Shown here piece after piece: positions 1-9,467 of a DNA stretch of 41,611 nt (position 1 is the first letter of the stretch; every line of letters begins with the position of its first letter). The stretch covers positions 1-41,611 of the forward strand of contig DLBE01000024.1 of assembly GCA_002494205.1 (NCBI GenBank), read 5' to 3'. This DNA is from Bacillales bacterium UBA7029. Its GTDB lineage: Bacteria > Bacillota_I > Bacilli_A > RFN20 > CAG-826. The position numbers were made by a program, and so were the translations under genes. Below the pieces are notes generated by a model. It searched no databases, was not told the DNA's origin, and was given only the letters and a program-made list of their open reading frames with translations.

Positions 1-1
1 T

Positions 2-1591
2 AATACACCATCAAGATGGGGTACGCAAGCTCCATTTACCAACATCACTTTAGACTGGGTTGTTCCAAATGATATGGCAGAACTCAACGCTATTGTTGGT
101 GGCAAAGAAATGGACTTCAAATACAAAGATTGCAAGAAAGAAATGGATATGGTTAACAAAGCCTTCATTGAAGTTATGATCGAAGGCGATGCTAACGGAC
201 GTGGTTTCCAATATCCAATCCCAACATATTCAATTACTAAAGATTTTGACTGGTCAGAAACAGAGAATAATAAATTATTATTCACAATGACTGCAAAATA
301 CGGAACTCCTTATTTCTCGAACTATATCAACTCTGATATGGAACCAAGTGATGTTCGTTCTATGTGCTGTAGATTAAGACTCGACCTTAGAGAACTCCGT
401 AAGAAATCTGGCGGTTTCTTTGGTTCTGGTGAATCAACAGGGTCTGTTGGTGTTGTTACCATCAATATGCCAAGAATTGCATATTTAGCAACTGATGAAG
501 CTGACTTCTATTCAAGACTTGATAAGATTATGGATATCTCTGCACGTTCACTTAAAGTGAAGAGAGACACAATTACCAAACTTCTCGAAGCTGGTCTTTA
601 TCCATATACAAAACGTTACTTAGGTACATTCGCTAACCACTTCTCCACAATCGGTTTAGTTGGTATGAACGAAACTTGCTTAAATGCTCGTTGGTTAAGA
701 AAAGATTTAACACATCCAGAAGCTCAAGAATTTACCAAAGCTGTCTTAAATCATATGAGAGAAAGACTTTCTGATTATCAAGAACTCTATGGTGATCTTT
801 ATAACTTAGAAGCAACTCCAGCTGAATCAACTTCATATCGTTTAGCAAAACACGATAAGAAAAGATATCCAGATATTATCTGTGCTTCAGAAGGAACTGC
901 AAAAACTCCATATTACACCAACTCATCACACTTACCTGTTGGTTACACAGAAGACATCTTCAAAGCTCTTGATATTCAAGATGGATTACAAACTCTTTAC
1001 ACATCTGGAACAGTCTTCCATTGTTTCTTGGGCCAAAAACTTCCGTCATACAAGTCTTGTATGAATCTTGTTAGAAAGATTGCTGAAAACTATCATATTC
1101 CATATTACACAATGTCTCCTACATACTCTGTATGTAAAGACCACGGTTATATCGAAGGCGAACAATATGTTTGTCCACATTGTGGTGCTAAAACAGAAGT
1201 TTATTCTAGAATTACTGGTTACTATAGACCAGTTCAAAACTGGAATGATGGTAAGCTTGCTGAATTTAATGATCGAAAAGAATATGATCCAGCAAAATCA
1301 CACTTAACTCATGAACTTCATACTTGTAGCTGTGAAACCGAAAAGAAAGCATCTCAAATCGAAGGAATTACTTTATTTGGTACAAAAACATGCCCAAATT
1401 GCAAAATGAGCAAGATGCTTCTTGATAAGGCTGGTATTTCATACACATGGGTTGATGCTGAAGAAAATCCAGAGCTCACAAAGCAACTTGGTGTCAAAAA
1501 AGCCCCAACATTATTAGTGCCAAACGGTGATTCATTTGATTCATACGAGAACGCTTCAAATATTAAAGGCTTTATTGAAAGCAGAAACTAA
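2..1591 (+). CDS. nrdD: anaerobic (class III) ribonucleoside-triphosphate reductase, 5'-truncated by the window edge, with an extra C-terminal glutaredoxin/NrdH-like domain
   Basis: Frame 2 is open from nt 2 (NTPSRWGTQAPFTNITLDWVVPND...), so the gene starts upstream of the window. It has the C-terminal Zn-ribbon CKDHG...CPHC and the glycyl-radical motif SRITGYY. About 100 extra aa end in a thioredoxin-fold-like segment with CPNC (nt 1391-1402). Confidence 0.93.
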   Translation, partial: NTPSRWGTQAPFTNITLDWVVPNDMAELNAIVGGKEMDFKYKDCKKEMDMVNKAFIEVMIEGDANGRGFQYPIPTYSITKDFDWSETENNKLLFTMTAKYGTPYFSNYINSDMEPSDVRSMCCRLRLDLRELRKKSGGFFGSGESTGSVGVVTINMPRIAYLATDEADFYSRLDKIMDISARSLKVKRDTITKLLEAGLYPYTKRYLGTFANHFSTIGLVGMNETCLNARWLRKDLTHPEAQEFTKAVLNHMRERLSDYQELYGDLYNLEATPAESTSYRLAKHDKKRYPDIICASEGTAKTPYYTNSSHLPVGYTEDIFKALDIQDGLQTLYTSGTVFHCFLGQKLPSYKSCMNLVRKIAENYHIPYYTMSPTYSVCKDHGYIEGEQYVCPHCGAKTEVYSRITGYYRPVQNWNDGKLAEFNDRKEYDPAKSHLTHELHTCSCETEKKASQIEGITLFGTKTCPNCKMSKMLLDKAGISYTWVDAEENPELTKQLGVKKAPTLLVPNGDSFDSYENASNIKGFIESRN

Positions 1592-1592
1592 A

Positions 1593-2492
1593 ATGCACGA
1601 CATTATTATCATTGGTGGCGGACCGTCTGGTTTGACGGCCGCCTTATATGCCCTTAGAGCAAATAAGTCTGTCCTTATTCTTGAAAAAGAAAACTTTGGT
1701 GGACAAATTGCTAATTCTCCAAAGGTCGAAAACTATCCAACAATTAAAGAAATTTCTGGTTCAGATCTAACTGACTTAATGGTTAATCAAGTCATGGATA
1801 TGGGAGCAGAATTTGAACTTGAAGATGTTGAAAAAGTTGAGAAAAACGGTAGTATTTTCGAAGTTTACACTAATTATGGTAAGCACGAAGGCAAGACTGT
1901 TATTATCGCTAATGGTGTTAGACATAGAACATTAGGACTTCCAAAAGAAGAAGAGTTAATTGGTAAAGGCGTTTATTATTGCGCGGTGTGTGATGGCCCA
2001 ATGTATAAAGGCAAAGAAGTTTACTTAATTGGGGATGCAAATACAGCTCTTCAGTATGCAGTTCTTCTTTCTGGTTATTGCACAAAAGTTCATATGTTCT
2101 GCCTATTTGATCATTTCTTTGGAGATCCTATTCTTCAAGATAGAGTAAGAGAAAAAGAAAATGTTGAAGTTACATTCAATATGAACTTAGTAGAATACAA
2201 AGGTGAAGAACATCTTGAAGGTCTTGTGTTTGAAAATACTCAAACTCATGAACTCAAAGAGTTCAAAACTGATAACGTCTTCGTTTCAGTAGGTCAAATT
2301 CCTGATAACGATAAGTTCGCTAACTTAGTGGAACTTGAAAAAGGCTTTATTCTTACAGATGAAGATATGTGCACTAAAACTCCTGGCATCTATGCGTGTG
2401 GAGACACAAGAAAAAAGGCAATCAAACAAGTTGTGACTGCCTGTAATGATGGTGCTATTGCTGCAATGAGTGCAGTTAAGTATCTAAATTAA
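1593..2492 (+). CDS. thioredoxin-reductase-like FAD flavoprotein (atypical, NADPH-binding motifs not conserved)
   Basis: The ATG at 1593 lies 1 nt after the nrdD stop; the ORF-track start at 1527 overlaps nrdD and is unlikely. It has the N-terminal IIIGGGPSG FAD motif and the redox dithiol CAVCDG, and is collinear with low-Mr TrxR through the C-terminal GDTR...A. It reads GDANTA and CLFDHFF where TrxR has GGGNSA and HRRDxFR. Confidence 0.85.
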   Translation: MHDIIIIGGGPSGLTAALYALRANKSVLILEKENFGGQIANSPKVENYPTIKEISGSDLTDLMVNQVMDMGAEFELEDVEKVEKNGSIFEVYTNYGKHEGKTVIIANGVRHRTLGLPKEEELIGKGVYYCAVCDGPMYKGKEVYLIGDANTALQYAVLLSGYCTKVHMFCLFDHFFGDPILQDRVREKENVEVTFNMNLVEYKGEEHLEGLVFENTQTHELKEFKTDNVFVSVGQIPDNDKFANLVELEKGFILTDEDMCTKTPGIYACGDTRKKAIKQVVTACNDGAIAAMSAVKYLN

Positions 2493-3172
2493 TATCCTCT
2501 TAATTCGCAAGGAATAAGTGGAGATAAAATATTCTTAAAATGAATGGCTTCTTCGAGAGAAATCTCATGGAGGCCTTTTCTTATAACGCCTTCTCTATCA
2601 ACAAATTTTTGTAGATAAATCTTCTTTGCACCTTTAACCAAATCACGCATTTCTCTAATTGATTCTTCAGTGTGAAATTCTTTAACTAAAGTAGTGCGAA
2701 ATTCGTAATTTACCCCAGAATTCTTGAGAATTTCTATGGATTTCTTAATATTTTCGATATTTACTCCTGGGCATCCTGCAGTCTCTGCATACATCTTTTC
2801 AGAGTTCTTAACATCCATTGCAACATAGTCTAATAAACCTTCATTAATTAGGTCTTCTAATACGTTTGGATGAGTTCCGTTTGTATCTAACTTAATTAAA
2901 AACCCGAGTTCCTTTACTTTTTTAATTCTATTTTTAAGTTCCGCCATTAAAGTTGGTTCTCCACCAGTAAAAACGACGGCGTCGATTAATCCTACTCTAG
3001 ATTTAAGAAATTCAAGAATCTCTTCAAACGGAATTGGAGTGTTTGCATTTAAGACCGATTCGCCGTTATGACAAAAAGGGCATCTGAAATTACATGCGGG
3101 TGAAAATAGTACTATGGACACCTTTTCATCGTAGTCTAGCAATGAAAACTTATCGATTCCAACGAATTCCAT
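2489..3172 (-). CDS. nrdG: anaerobic ribonucleotide reductase activating protein (radical SAM)
   Basis: CNFRCPFCHN radical-SAM cluster motif near the N-terminus. Size is 227 aa. It is convergent with the nrdD unit, with a 4-nt overlap of the stop regions. Confidence 0.9.
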   Translation of the reverse strand: MEFVGIDKFSLLDYDEKVSIVLFSPACNFRCPFCHNGESVLNANTPIPFEEILEFLKSRVGLIDAVVFTGGEPTLMAELKNRIKKVKELGFLIKLDTNGTHPNVLEDLINEGLLDYVAMDVKNSEKMYAETAGCPGVNIENIKKSIEILKNSGVNYEFRTTLVKEFHTEESIREMRDLVKGAKKIYLQKFVDREGVIRKGLHEISLEEAIHFKNILSPLIPCELRGY

Positions 3173-3178
3173 ATTTTT

Positions 3179-3207
3179 ATTTTAAAATAAAACATATGGT
3201 GATTCAA
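3179..3207 (-). promoter_or_regulatory. sigma-70-type promoter of nrdG with leaderless geometry
   Basis: On the minus strand: TTGAAT (3207-3202), a 17-nt spacer, TAAAAT (3184-3179), then exactly 6 nt to the ATG at 3172. No Shine-Dalgarno sequence. Confidence 0.55.
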
Positions 3208-3260
3208 TCTTAATATAAAATTTGTTGCGATTTATATAAAATATAAGTAGACTAGTATAT

Positions 3261-6200
3261 ATGAAGTTTAAAAATAAATCCTCGTTGTGGGTTGCGGCAC
3301 TTTCGGTTGTTGCTGCTTTTTCATTTGGACTAGTCGCCAATGTAGCCTTTAGTAAAACTGAAACGACACAAGTGTCTGCATCAGCCGATCAAGGCACTTG
3401 GACTTATAGTGATAATAAACTGTCCTTTTCTTATAAAAGTGGTACATCTCGTGCATTTGTAAATAGAACAGAGCAAACTGCTGTTAATGGCCTTGGGGAT
3501 GGGAAATATGCTATTACCTACGAGGTTTGGGGATATAGTTCCGGAGCTATGCAGCCTGAAGAAGATTTATTGGAAACTATTGAACTTGAATTTATTTGGG
3601 GAAATTACGTTGAATCAGATACTTATGGAACAATAACCGCTTATCCAGCTGATATTCCTGGTCTTAGTTCAACAACGGCTTATTCAATAGATGTCCTTGT
3701 TGAGCCAACTGGTGATATGGCACTAACTTATCCTACTTGGAGATACAATATTGTAAATCAGAATTTTGTTTATTACGTTGACAGCCAAAATACTTATGAT
3801 GCGGAGCTCACGACAATTTCATTTATTAATTTTGGCCAAGACAATCGACATAACTATATAAGATTAGATTACGATGTCACGGATAATGGTAGCCTTGTAA
3901 GAAGAGATAGTATTGGCCTATATCAAGCCTCTGTTGTTAGATACGGAGAATCTACTGGAGATGGAGCTGTTTCTGGGACATATAAGAATCAAACAGTAGC
4001 CGAACTAGGGACCGGACAAATTAGTATTGATGAAGTAACTATTGCAAATGGCTTCAATTACATAGAGATTAATAACGAAGTTATTAAATATAATGAAAAT
4101 GATGACAGTATTCAAACAGTCTTTGTCACTGAAGCAACTTATAATACTGATTCATCAACCGCTAATATTTTTTACGTTTTAAGAGATGAATCGGGTCAAG
4201 AGACTGAAAATACAGAAGAGGCTGTTTTGAGAAATGCTTCTAAATCTTATGATGACGAATTGCAACGCTATTATATAACCGGAACTACAGGTGATTTTGA
4301 TGGAATAGATGAAACTGCAAGTATTACGCTATGCACAAGTAACCTAAATGAAGTCTATAATTATCATTACGTTGTTCATTTTGATGGAAATGGTGCAACA
4401 AGCGGTAGGATGAGTGACGATCCTTTTACATCTCAAGATTACTCAGTAGATTACGAACTACCAGAGTGTAGTTTTGAAAGAGAAAATTATACTTTCTTCG
4501 CCTGGTCTCTATCTGAAGATGGAATGATTACTATCAAACCGCACGAAACAAGAAATATAACTTATTCTGAAGAAGGAGTAATCTTCTACGCTATATGGGG
4601 ACGAACCATTACTTTTGATTCTAATGGTGGCAATGGATATATGGAACCTATAGTTGTTAAGGAAGGTTATAATGAAGTTCCGTCTTGTGATTTTACAAGA
4701 GACGGTTACGCTTTTAAATGCTGGGCTGTTGGATCTCCGACCGGCATCGAAATCAATGCTGGTAGTAGGGTTAATGTCGATGCCAACTATGTGCTTTATG
4801 CTGTTTGGGAACAATCAGGCCCTGTCCAGCATGAAGGAATGTGGTACGATGAAGAACTTCATAAATTGAGGTTTTACAATACTGATTTAGCAAAGGAACA
4901 GGAAGTACAACTTGAAGCTAAAGTTTTAGATTTTGGTCCTAACACTGCTGAAACGAGAGCAGAACTCGTTGCTTGCGTTTTAGACAAGGGCGAACTTTTG
5001 GGTGATTATTCCTATGACATGCGTTCATTTACTGTTGGTGTTGATAACAGTAAAAGATATATTTCAGGACCATTAGATTTAGATAATGGAGAAGGGTGTC
5101 AACAAGTTAAGTTATATCCTGAAACTTTCTACTATAATACCTTCAAACCAAATCAACTTAACTATGCAGAAGGCTACAATCAAATTTTCTATGTTAATGA
5201 AAATTATGAAGGCACACCTCTAGAATTTGAAATTGTTGAATTTAATGAAATTACAAGAGTTTTTAGAATCGAGGCTTATGCAGGTGATGTCACTGGCGAA
5301 CAAGATTTAATTGAATTCACTTTCGAATTAACTGACGGCGTTGTTTTAGAAGGCGATTTAACGCAAGACGCACAACTTATTGAAGGTTATTTGGAAGATG
5401 TTGGTAGAAAAGTAAAACTTAATGTCTATGACATTCAATATAATTCTTTAGAAGAAGAAGCAATTACTTCTGAAACAATTGAAAATATTACCAACGCAAT
5501 GGATGCGGTGGAATTAAGTCCAGATCAAATTAGCCAAATCAATCAAAAGATTGAAGATAATAAAGAACAGATTCCTGATTCTACAGGCGGCAAAATTGCG
5601 GATGCTTTAACTAATACAGCCCCAACTCTTTCTGATGATCCAGAAGTTTTAGAGGCACAAAAAGACGTTATTGTTGCAGTTGTCGAAACTGTTATTGAAG
5701 TTGAAACAAATAGGCCAAGTGATATTGGTCAATCTATTAGAACTGATAGTTCTTTACCTAAAAATGCTGGAATTTCTATTGAACAAGAAGTCAGAGAATT
5801 CTATGAACTTCAAATGGCAAACCTCATTGGTGAAGAAAAAGCTAATAGAAGAGCTATTTTAAGAGCGCCAACCGCTACCGATTATAAGATTGATGTTTCT
5901 GGTAAAACCAAAGAAGATCTTGAACAAGATTTAATTGATTATGGAACAATGACTGAGTTTATCGATGATTCGGTTCAAAACATGAACACAGCTGGTCGTA
6001 AGCTTAGATCTTGCTCTGGCGAGGCTATGAAAGTCGAAGTTAAGCGCACCGTGGTTAAGATTAAAACCTCTTCATTTAGAAAGTTTGATAAAGAAGCAGC
6101 TGATTTGCAATTTGCATATGACGTGCATAATGCAATGATGCTTCACTTACAAGAAGTCGTTGTTACTGAACTTGAAAAAGATTACAAGCCAAGCGGCAAC

Positions 6201-6623
6201 AAGGAAAAGGACGAACAATATCAGAAAGAACTTGCAGCATGTAAAGACATTGAGTCCTTTACCGAAATCGTTATTGAAGTCTTAAGACAAAAATATAATG
6301 CAATCACAGATTCTAATGTTAAATATGAAGATTTCGTTGAAATAAGCGATGATGGAAAATATTCAGGAATTTACTGGGATATTTTCGAAGCATGGTGCTT
6401 AGATAAACCATGTCCATATCCAATTACATTCCAAGAATTAACAGATGCAACAGTTGATACAACAACTCAAAATGCTAGAAGTTTTGAATTAAATACTAAG
6501 ATGACAAATACTGAAGTTGTATTTACAGCAGCATTTGTAGGTGGTGGAGTAGCATTTATTTCATTAGCTGGTGTTCTTGGATACATTTTAAAGAAAAGAA
6601 GCTTAAAGGGGGTAAGTAAATAA
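3261..6623 (+). CDS. large surface protein (1120 aa) with signal peptide, two Listeria-Bacteroides (Flg_new-type) repeats and a C-terminal TM anchor
   Basis: N-terminal hydrophobic signal SLWVAALSVVAAFSFGLVANVAFS. Two tandem ~70-aa repeats (VVHFDGNGATSG...YAIW and ITFDSNGGNGYM...YAVW). C-terminal TM FTAAFVGGGVAFISLAGVLGYIL followed by KKRSLK. No LPXTG motif. Confidence 0.7.
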   Translation: MKFKNKSSLWVAALSVVAAFSFGLVANVAFSKTETTQVSASADQGTWTYSDNKLSFSYKSGTSRAFVNRTEQTAVNGLGDGKYAITYEVWGYSSGAMQPEEDLLETIELEFIWGNYVESDTYGTITAYPADIPGLSSTTAYSIDVLVEPTGDMALTYPTWRYNIVNQNFVYYVDSQNTYDAELTTISFINFGQDNRHNYIRLDYDVTDNGSLVRRDSIGLYQASVVRYGESTGDGAVSGTYKNQTVAELGTGQISIDEVTIANGFNYIEINNEVIKYNENDDSIQTVFVTEATYNTDSSTANIFYVLRDESGQETENTEEAVLRNASKSYDDELQRYYITGTTGDFDGIDETASITLCTSNLNEVYNYHYVVHFDGNGATSGRMSDDPFTSQDYSVDYELPECSFERENYTFFAWSLSEDGMITIKPHETRNITYSEEGVIFYAIWGRTITFDSNGGNGYMEPIVVKEGYNEVPSCDFTRDGYAFKCWAVGSPTGIEINAGSRVNVDANYVLYAVWEQSGPVQHEGMWYDEELHKLRFYNTDLAKEQEVQLEAKVLDFGPNTAETRAELVACVLDKGELLGDYSYDMRSFTVGVDNSKRYISGPLDLDNGEGCQQVKLYPETFYYNTFKPNQLNYAEGYNQIFYVNENYEGTPLEFEIVEFNEITRVFRIEAYAGDVTGEQDLIEFTFELTDGVVLEGDLTQDAQLIEGYLEDVGRKVKLNVYDIQYNSLEEEAITSETIENITNAMDAVELSPDQISQINQKIEDNKEQIPDSTGGKIADALTNTAPTLSDDPEVLEAQKDVIVAVVETVIEVETNRPSDIGQSIRTDSSLPKNAGISIEQEVREFYELQMANLIGEEKANRRAILRAPTATDYKIDVSGKTKEDLEQDLIDYGTMTEFIDDSVQNMNTAGRKLRSCSGEAMKVEVKRTVVKIKTSSFRKFDKEAADLQFAYDVHNAMMLHLQEVVVTELEKDYKPSGNKEKDEQYQKELAACKDIESFTEIVIEVLRQKYNAITDSNVKYEDFVEISDDGKYSGIYWDIFEAWCLDKPCPYPITFQELTDATVDTTTQNARSFELNTKMTNTEVVFTAAFVGGGVAFISLAGVLGYILKKRSLKGVSK

Positions 6624-7513
6624 TGGCAGACGAATATGGAAATAAAAACGCGCCTGAATTTGCCTCTCAGAGCGAAAATAAAATTGTAAAAGAGAATCTT
6701 TTCGCCAAAGAAAACCAAATAGTTTCTGAAAACGTTGAGGCAAAAGAAAATCTTGATACAGTAGGCAAAAAACGTGGGGCTAATAAGAAAGCTAAGAAGC
6801 AAAGGCTTTCTGTTCTTTCAGCCGGACTTGTTGGCGTTGTTAGTTTTGCGCTTATTGGCATCACGTCCCTTGTAAATGTCAAGATGAAAGCTGAATTTGA
6901 TGATAAGAAAGTTGCTTATGAAGATGGCAAGATTTCTTATTCATTATCAGTCAAGGAAATGACTGAAAAAGAAACTTTATCAATCTATGTTATTAGAGAT
7001 AACGTTAAACTTGAGAAAATTGAGTTAGTTGATGAAGATGGCGATGGTTTAATTGAAGGTAAAATAGATGTTGATAAAACATATATTGATGAAAAATTTT
7101 CAAGCGGAAAATCTGAAGAAGTTCAATATAAACTTGATTTGAAAGGTGTTGTTGGACTTGAAGTAGAAAGATACTTTGATAGTGTCACAGTAAGCATTAA
7201 TCAAATTGTGTCTGCATTCTACTATGTAGAAGGACATTGTAATTGTGGTGTTGATGGCTATTACTACTTCACCATGGTTTTCGAAGATTTAGAACATATC
7301 TTTGATAACTTTAATGCCTATATTGTCGACGATTATGGCAATGAGGCACATTGTACGTTTAGTGACAATTTATATGAAGAACAAAAAATCTATGTTCATG
7401 ATTTAGAAAGTTCTCATGGTAAATTGGTAATCAAATACACTGCCGACGATGATCAAACCGAAGGCAAGGATGAATTTGGATTTTATACTATTGAAACCGA
7501 AATTAATATGTAA
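6623..7513 (+). CDS. type II membrane protein of unknown function, translationally coupled to the large surface protein
   Basis: TAATG stop/start overlap at 6621-6625. The N-terminal region is low-complexity with reiterated KEN/SEN motifs. It has a single TM (LSVLSAGLVGVVSFALIGITSLV) and a ~215-aa ectodomain. Confidence 0.6.
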   Translation: MADEYGNKNAPEFASQSENKIVKENLFAKENQIVSENVEAKENLDTVGKKRGANKKAKKQRLSVLSAGLVGVVSFALIGITSLVNVKMKAEFDDKKVAYEDGKISYSLSVKEMTEKETLSIYVIRDNVKLEKIELVDEDGDGLIEGKIDVDKTYIDEKFSSGKSEEVQYKLDLKGVVGLEVERYFDSVTVSINQIVSAFYYVEGHCNCGVDGYYYFTMVFEDLEHIFDNFNAYIVDDYGNEAHCTFSDNLYEEQKIYVHDLESSHGKLVIKYTADDDQTEGKDEFGFYTIETEINM

Positions 7514-7525
7514 GGAGGAAAACTT

Positions 7526-8551
7526 ATGAACGGTTCAAAAAAATTAGGAGCAGGATTTTTTGTAAAAATAGCGGTTTGCGTTGTTTTTGCAGCGTATGTT
7601 GCTCTCATTTTCGTAGGAAAGTTTATCTTTCCAAAAGAGTCTATTTTGTACAACTTATTTGCAGAAGCAAATGCTTTGAACGTCTATGCACGTATTGCAA
7701 AAACAGGCTTTGTAATCGCGTTATGTTATGTGATTATGCAACTTAGCAACATTTTTGTTGCTTTATCCGATAAGATAAAAAACAATTCGGTAAAAACCTC
7801 ATTTCTTCTTTTAGGAAATGTTATTAAATACGCTGCCGCAATTGCTATTGTCTTAATTTCACTTGGCATCTGGGGCGTTGATACAACTGCAATTGTTACT
7901 GGTGCTGGTGTTCTTACCCTTGTTATTGGTCTTGGTTGTCAATCACTTATTTCTGATATCGTTGCTGGTATTTTCATGTTATTTGAAGGCGATATTAAGG
8001 TTGGAGACATTGTTGTTATTGATGGCTGGAGAGGCACAGTTAAACAAATTGGTTTAAGAAGAACCAAAATTGAAGATGCTGTTGGAAACATTAACATTGT
8101 TAATAATGCGGCAATTTCAAATATCATCAACAACACACAACAATTATCAGTAGCTTTAGTTGATGTTGGTACCGAATATAATGAATCAATTCTTAGAATT
8201 GAAGAAGTTATTGAAGCTGCTCTTCCAGAAATGAAAAAACACATTCCTGCAATTGTTGAAGGACCTTACTATAAAGGTGTTTCAGCATTGGGCGAAAGTA
8301 GCGTTAACATTCGTTTAATTGCAAAATGTAAAGAAGAAGATAAATATCAAGTCGAACGTGATCTTAACCGTGAACTTAAGATATTGTTTGATGCAAATGA
8401 TATTAACATTCCATTCAATCAAGTGGTTCTTAATACTCGTGATCCACACGAACCAAACAAAACTCAATACAAACCAAAAAATAAATCAACTGAGAAATTT
8501 GCAGCAGAACAAGCTGAACTTTCAAAGGGTATTGAGGAACAATCTAAATAA
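7526..8551 (+). CDS. mechanosensitive ion channel, MscS family
   Basis: AGGAGG Shine-Dalgarno 7 nt upstream. Three N-terminal TMs, then the conserved MscS core (SDIVAGIFMLFEGDIKVGDIVVIDGWRGTVKQIGLRRTKIED). Confidence 0.85.
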   Translation: MNGSKKLGAGFFVKIAVCVVFAAYVALIFVGKFIFPKESILYNLFAEANALNVYARIAKTGFVIALCYVIMQLSNIFVALSDKIKNNSVKTSFLLLGNVIKYAAAIAIVLISLGIWGVDTTAIVTGAGVLTLVIGLGCQSLISDIVAGIFMLFEGDIKVGDIVVIDGWRGTVKQIGLRRTKIEDAVGNINIVNNAAISNIINNTQQLSVALVDVGTEYNESILRIEEVIEAALPEMKKHIPAIVEGPYYKGVSALGESSVNIRLIAKCKEEDKYQVERDLNRELKILFDANDINIPFNQVVLNTRDPHEPNKTQYKPKNKSTEKFAAEQAELSKGIEEQSK

Positions 8552-8580
8552 AATTTAGAAGACCTTACATTTAAAATATT

Positions 8581-8610
8581 AAAAAACCACGATAAAACGT
8601 GGTTTTTTTT
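8581..8610 (+). terminator. rho-independent terminator after the mscS-family gene
   Basis: AAAAAACCACG-ataaaa-CGTGGTTTTTTTT: a 5-bp GC-rich stem extended by A/T pairing, followed by a T8 tract. Confidence 0.8.
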
Positions 8611-8651
8611 ATAATTATATTTTATAATAATTTCAAATAGAGGTTATTGTT

Positions 8652-9443
8652 ATGACAATAAAAGAATATATTAAAGCCCGAAAAGAGGAAATTAAGTCTG
8701 AAGTTTTAAAGATGGAAAGAAAACCAAGTCTTGTTATTGTTCAAATTAACGAAGATGAAGCAAGTAAAGCTTACGTTAAAGGCAAACTTAAAGATGCTGC
8801 TGAACTCGGCATAAATGCTAGACTTGTTAAACTTCCTCTAGAAACGACTGAAAAAGAATTAATGAAAGTTATTTCTAAGCTTAATAAAGACAAGAAAGTT
8901 GATGGTTTCATTGTTCAAATGCCTCTACCAAAACAAATTAATGAAGAGAATGTTAAATTAGCAGTTGCGCCTGAAAAAGATGTTGATGGTTTCCATCCTT
9001 TAAGTGCACTTAATCCATGTACCCCTCAAGGAATAATGAATTATCTTCATCACGAGGGAGTGGAATTCCTTGGCAAGAATGCTGTAGTCATTGGAAGAAG
9101 TAATATTGTTGGTAAACCAATGGCAAAACTACTTCTTAAAGAGTCTTGCAATGTTACTGTTTTGCATTCTAAAACTTCTAAAGAAGATATGAAAAGATAT
9201 CTAAAAAATGCAGATATAGTTGTTGTAGCAGTAGGAAGAAAACACCTTATAACAAAAGAATTCGAATTCAAACCATCCGCAATATTGGTGGATGTCGGTA
9301 TTAATAGAGATGAAGAAGGACTTCATGGTGATATTGAACCAGGAATGAAAGTCGCTCTTCAAACTCCGGTTCCAGGTGGTGTTGGTTTATTAACTAGACT
9401 TGCATTAATGGAAAACTTATTAAAAATAAATTCAACTAAATAA
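8652..9443 (+). CDS. folD: bifunctional methylenetetrahydrofolate dehydrogenase / methenyl-THF cyclohydrolase
   Basis: Full-length collinearity with FolD (PSLVIVQINEDEASKAYVKGK, VDGFHP, VVIGRSNIVGKPMA, PVPGGVGLLT). AGAGG Shine-Dalgarno upstream. Confidence 0.95.
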   Translation: MTIKEYIKARKEEIKSEVLKMERKPSLVIVQINEDEASKAYVKGKLKDAAELGINARLVKLPLETTEKELMKVISKLNKDKKVDGFIVQMPLPKQINEENVKLAVAPEKDVDGFHPLSALNPCTPQGIMNYLHHEGVEFLGKNAVVIGRSNIVGKPMAKLLLKESCNVTVLHSKTSKEDMKRYLKNADIVVVAVGRKHLITKEFEFKPSAILVDVGINRDEEGLHGDIEPGMKVALQTPVPGGVGLLTRLALMENLLKINSTK

Positions 9444-9467
9444 CTTAAATACTGGAGGTTACTAAGT

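Noticed and set aside
1527-1592. N-terminal extensions offered by the ORF track (TrxR-like 1527, lipoprotein 15603, lipoprotein 22138, zinc-ribbon TTG 24872, queH 39982, MazG-like TTG 35795)
   Set aside because: In each case an internal ATG gives the canonical N-terminus (FAD motif, lipoprotein signal peptide, LLHACCGPC spacing). That ATG also has a Shine-Dalgarno sequence or stop/start coupling, whereas the longer form overlaps the neighbouring gene.
3173-3260. Looked for NrdR boxes (paired 16-bp palindromes) in the nrdG upstream region
   Set aside because: Only a short imperfect palindrome around CATATG (about 3191-3200) is present. There is no second box at the expected helical phasing, so I cannot support a call.
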